Assembly: GCA_016201795.1 (NCBI GenBank) | Contig: JACQCF010000027.1 | Location: 113,161-177,160 of the forward strand | Origin: Candidatus Omnitrophota bacterium | GTDB taxonomy: Bacteria > Omnitrophota > Gorgyraeia > Zapsychrales > Fredricksoniimonadaceae | Length of the DNA: 64,000 nt | Direction of reading: 5' to 3' | Shown: positions 60,552 through 64,000 of the stretch, piece after piece | How positions within the stretch are numbered: the first letter of the stretch is position 1 | How the letters are laid out: each line of letters begins with the position of its first letter | The notes under the pieces: model-generated | What the model was told of the DNA's origin: nothing | Seen by the model: the letters and a program-made list of their open reading frames with translations, nothing else | Databases searched by the model: none | Program-made: the position numbers and the translations under genes

Positions 60552-62584
60552 CCGCACTGCCGTCATTCTTTAATAAGCTTGCCGTTATCAAACAAACCCC
60601 CATCTTCGAGGGGTTGAATTGGTTTGAACTGAATCGCATTGCCAGACGGGTGGAATTGGTTGAATTTAACAAAGGCGATGTGATTTGCCGTCAGGGAGAT
60701 CCGGCGGACGCATTTTATGCCCTGATCTCTGGCCGGGTTTATTCCTACACCTTAAACTCTGCCGGACAAAAAGAAGAAGTGGATTTTATTTTGCGCGGGA
60801 TGCATTTCGGGATCATTTCCACGCTTACCGGTGAAAACCATTCCCACACCTATGAAGCCATCAATGATTCGGCGGTGATCAAAATCAAAAAGGATGATTT
60901 TGCGCATCTATTGAAAGTCACTCCCAAGTTAGCGGTTGCTTTAAGCCAGAGCCTTTCCCATAGAATTAGAAGTCATGTCACAGGAGCCCGGGACACCCAG
61001 GAAAGCACCATTATTGCCGTCTATGCATCGGTGAAAGGTTCCGGTAGTTCCACCTATGCGGCTAATTTAGCGTTGACCCTGAAGGCTCAAACGGATAAAA
61101 AAGTGTTGTTGTTAAGACTTTCTTCGGATCTTGGTGACTCCTTGGTGAATTTAGCAGATATTGTTTATGATCATGACAAAATCATTGAATCGATTATCAA
61201 GAATAAATTACCCATCGATGTCCTGGGGGTCAAATTCGATGCCGCGGATCACGCCGTTTTAGACAGAATCAGTCCATTTGTCAGTGCTCCGGTCAATGAC
61301 TATAGCTACATTGTTTTTGATTTACCCAATCAAATGGATGATGTGGTCATGAAAACATTAGTTCAAAGCGATCTGATACACTTGGTGACTGTTGAACGTG
61401 AATATGATTTGGAATTGACACGTCATGTGATCGACCGGCTTTCCGAACAGTTAAAAGACAGATTCCAAACCGAAAAAGTCCAAATCATTATCAGCGGGGT
61501 TCAGGATGATAGCGGTTTAAAACCGGACGAGATCAAAAAAATTCTCAATTACGATGTCTTTTTAAGACTGCCGCATTTAAAGCCCCAAGAGTTTCAAAAT
61601 GAAAACGTCTATGACGGATTTTTTATGGTCAAAGTTGATCCTGCCAGTGAATATGCTTTTTTTCTAAAGCGTTTAAGCCGACAAATTAGCGGATCTTTGA
61701 TTGGTTTAGTATTAGGAGGGGGAGCAGCCTTAGGGATGGCCCATATTGGCGTACTGCGCGTCTTGGAGCAAGAAGGTATCCCTATTGACATCGTGGTGGG
61801 TAGCAGTATGGGAGCTTTGATGGCCAGTCTCTGGGCTAGCGGCTATACGGCTGATGATATAGAAAAATTTGGCCGTGAATTTGGAAAAAAAACGTCCGTC
61901 TGGAAATTATTTGATTTAAACTGGCATTTGTTTTCCGGTCCGGTGGGGGGGGAGGCTATCAAACGCTGGCTGAGAACCAAAATAGGAGATAAAACTTTTC
62001 ATGATGCCAAAATTCTATTAAAAATAACCGCCTATGATCTTTATCATCGGCAAGAAATCATTATCGATCAAGGGCCTTTGGTAGAAGCTGTACGTAAAAG
62101 TGTCGCTATCCCTGGCGTTATCAAACCTGTGATGTACAAAGATCAAATGATTATCGATGGAGGCGTTTTAAATCCTTTACCTACCAATGTGTTGGTGCAT
62201 ATGGGAATTAAAAAAATTATTGCCGTTAACGTTTTGCAGTCTCCAGCGGATGTATTTTATGGAGCTGAATTAGAAAAAGAAAGGTTGCATCAACAGTACC
62301 ATGTCCCTTTTACCAAACATCCCTTCCAATATGTGAAATTCCGCTTTATTCGTTTTTGGGCGAGTGTCTTTACACCCAATGTGGCGGATATCATTGTACG
62401 CACCCTGCAAGCCACCGAATATGTGCTTGCCGAACAAAGTAGCAAACAGGCGGATGTGATTATTCACCCTGATCTTAAAGGGATCAACTGGTTTGAATTA
62501 TACGAAGTCAATCAGCTTATCAAACGTGGTCAAGAGGCCACCCTCAAACATCTGCCGTCTATTAAAGCTCTGGTCAAACGATAA
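60548..62584 (+). CDS. Cyclic nucleotide-binding domain + patatin-like phospholipase
   Basis: N-terminal cNMP-binding fold (FNKGDVICRQGDPADAFYALISGRV); C-terminal patatin motifs GGGAALGMAHIGV (oxyanion), GSSMG (GxSxG), DGGV; ATGA overlap with the upstream gene. Confidence 0.75.
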   Translation: MTALPSFFNKLAVIKQTPIFEGLNWFELNRIARRVELVEFNKGDVICRQGDPADAFYALISGRVYSYTLNSAGQKEEVDFILRGMHFGIISTLTGENHSHTYEAINDSAVIKIKKDDFAHLLKVTPKLAVALSQSLSHRIRSHVTGARDTQESTIIAVYASVKGSGSSTYAANLALTLKAQTDKKVLLLRLSSDLGDSLVNLADIVYDHDKIIESIIKNKLPIDVLGVKFDAADHAVLDRISPFVSAPVNDYSYIVFDLPNQMDDVVMKTLVQSDLIHLVTVEREYDLELTRHVIDRLSEQLKDRFQTEKVQIIISGVQDDSGLKPDEIKKILNYDVFLRLPHLKPQEFQNENVYDGFFMVKVDPASEYAFFLKRLSRQISGSLIGLVLGGGAALGMAHIGVLRVLEQEGIPIDIVVGSSMGALMASLWASGYTADDIEKFGREFGKKTSVWKLFDLNWHLFSGPVGGEAIKRWLRTKIGDKTFHDAKILLKITAYDLYHRQEIIIDQGPLVEAVRKSVAIPGVIKPVMYKDQMIIDGGVLNPLPTNVLVHMGIKKIIAVNVLQSPADVFYGAELEKERLHQQYHVPFTKHPFQYVKFRFIRFWASVFTPNVADIIVRTLQATEYVLAEQSSKQADVIIHPDLKGINWFELYEVNQLIKRGQEATLKHLPSIKALVKR

Positions 62585-62606
62585 ACCCTTCTTTATAATA
62601 ACCTTC

Positions 62607-64000
62607 ATGTTTTCGTCTATCAAAATAGGTTCCCGTCAAAGCCGTTTGGCCAAAATTCAGGTGCAAGAGGTCTTATCGATGGCAAGGGAGGTGCCCTTAC
62701 CCTATGAATTGATTACTTTTACGACCCGGGGCGATGTGGATCAAATAACTTCTTTAACCTCCAAGCCTGCCGATGATTTTTTCACGAATACCTTGGATGA
62801 AGCGCTTCTGAACAAACAAATTGACGTAGCGGTGCATAGCGCCAAAGACCTGCCGCAAAAACTGTGCCAGGGATTGAAGATTTTCGCCTTAACCAAAGCT
62901 TTAGACGAGACAGACTGCTTGGTATCGAACTATTCTTTAGAAAATTTACCTCAACGGGCTAAAGTTGGCACCAGCAGCCTGTTGCGGGGACAGATGTTCA
63001 AAGCCTTAAGGCCGGATGTAGCTCTCATTGATATTCGAGGCCCTATTGAGGAACGTTTGGATTTGCTGCCTAAGAGGCAGGTGGATGGTTTGATAGTAGC
63101 TACCTGCGCACTCAAACGCCTTGGTTTAGAAAAACATATTAAAAGTATTTTACCCTGGGAAGCTATGCCTTTGCAGGGACAGCTGGCTGTTGTTGGCCGC
63201 CAGGGGGATGGGGAATTAGAAAAAATTTTTGAACCTATGGACGTGCGCCGTCATTATGGTCAGGTATTTTTGACAGGAGCAGGCCCAGGAGATCCTGGAT
63301 TAATTACACTCAAAGCCATTGAAGTTTTAAAAAATGCGGATTGTGTATTCTATGATTATTTAGTGGATGCCTCGCTGTTAAGATATGCTCCAATGGCGGA
63401 ATATATTTATGTAGGCAAACGAAAAGGAGTGCATACGCTGCCTCAAGCGGAGCTTTCACGCCAGCTCAAAGACAAAGCCATGCAGGGCAAAAAAGTGGTA
63501 CGTTTAAAAGGGGGAGACCCTCTTATTTTTGGCCGAGGCGCGGATGAGATTACCTATTTGCGTTCTTATCATATTCCGGTAGAAGTGATCCCTGGTATTA
63601 GCTCAGCCACCGGTATTCCGTCGCTGTTGGGAATACCTTTGACGGCCAGGGGAGTTTCTTCTTCAGTAGCTTTCCTCAGCGGCCATGGGGAATCTGAAGA
63701 CAACGTTCATCCCCAAGAGATCATTATTCCTCAAGCCGATACGATCGTGTTTCTGATGGGATTAACCAAACTTGGTTCAATTGTGCATTCTTTGCTTAAA
63801 GCCGGCTGGAGTGAAACCAAACCCATCATGATCATTGCTAACGGCACAAAGCCTAATCAGACCATTGTACATGGAACTTTAGCTGATATTGAAACACTGG
63901 CATTGTCGCACTCTTTAACAGCGCCTGCCTTGATTGTGGCAGGGGAAACGGTCAATTTCTATCAGAAAAGCCCTCAAAAAATCTTTTTGCACTGCGGCAC
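62607..64000 (+). CDS. Fusion of hydroxymethylbilane synthase N-terminal domains (HemC domains 1-2) to uroporphyrinogen-III C-methyltransferase (SUMT); partial, runs off the window
   Basis: Not in the ORF track because no stop falls inside the window. N-term KIGSRQSRLAKIQ, VHSAKDLP, KVGTSSLLR, ALKRLGL are HemC signatures; from ~aa 215 VFLTGAGPGDPGLITLKA...VVRLKGGDPLIFGRG...IPGISSA are SUMT (CobA/CysG) signatures. Confidence 0.7.
   Translation, partial: MFSSIKIGSRQSRLAKIQVQEVLSMAREVPLPYELITFTTRGDVDQITSLTSKPADDFFTNTLDEALLNKQIDVAVHSAKDLPQKLCQGLKIFALTKALDETDCLVSNYSLENLPQRAKVGTSSLLRGQMFKALRPDVALIDIRGPIEERLDLLPKRQVDGLIVATCALKRLGLEKHIKSILPWEAMPLQGQLAVVGRQGDGELEKIFEPMDVRRHYGQVFLTGAGPGDPGLITLKAIEVLKNADCVFYDYLVDASLLRYAPMAEYIYVGKRKGVHTLPQAELSRQLKDKAMQGKKVVRLKGGDPLIFGRGADEITYLRSYHIPVEVIPGISSATGIPSLLGIPLTARGVSSSVAFLSGHGESEDNVHPQEIIIPQADTIVFLMGLTKLGSIVHSLLKAGWSETKPIMIIANGTKPNQTIVHGTLADIETLALSHSLTAPALIVAGETVNFYQKSPQKIFLHCG

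Overview
This 64-kb window is a chromosomal segment from a moderately AT-rich bacterium. All ~60 protein-coding genes and the single tRNA lie on the + strand, with many ATGA/TAATG start-stop overlaps. Every minus-strand ORF in the six-frame track lies inside a +-strand gene and looks spurious. Most genes are housekeeping. Left to right they are: fchA-like cyclohydrolase, folD, polA, glgA, coaE, rho, rpmE, prfA, prmC, murA, trpG-trpD-trpC-trpF (no trpE/trpBA), ubiE/menG, menF, menD, a Pif1-like helicase, a secreted transglutaminase-like protein, an aldolase/SDR fusion, acnA, a NUDIX hydrolase, gltA, pepA and fumC. Next comes a PilZ + HEAT-repeat pair, translationally coupled to a Rieske / split cytochrome b / octahaem cytochrome c complex. 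The remaining genes are tRNA-Lys(CTT), a split transketolase, transaldolase, a PaaK-like ligase + thiolase, leuC-leuD-ilvD-aroC, an SDR, a thioredoxin-like ferredoxin, a GYD protein, an acyl-CoA dehydrogenase, a cNMP-binding patatin-like phospholipase, and a partial HemC(N-terminal)-SUMT fusion at the window edge. The most unusual feature lies between the respiratory operon and tRNA-Lys. It is a compact, intact, promoter-led cluster (~41.0-45.8 kb) whose products and order resemble an F-type type IV secretion envelope module: VirB6-like membrane protein, VirB2/TrbC-like pilin, TraL-like, TraE/VirB8-like, TraK/VirB9-like, TraB/VirB10-like and TraV-like lipoprotein. It lacks VirB4/VirB11/VirD4 ATPases, a relaxase and an integrase. 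Other notable items are a ~96-nt imperfect palindromic repeat with extra copies overlapping Shine-Dalgarno sites, a GC-rich structured leader upstream of the trp genes, and a consensus sigma70 promoter upstream of leuC. No CRISPR array, IS element or rRNA is visible.
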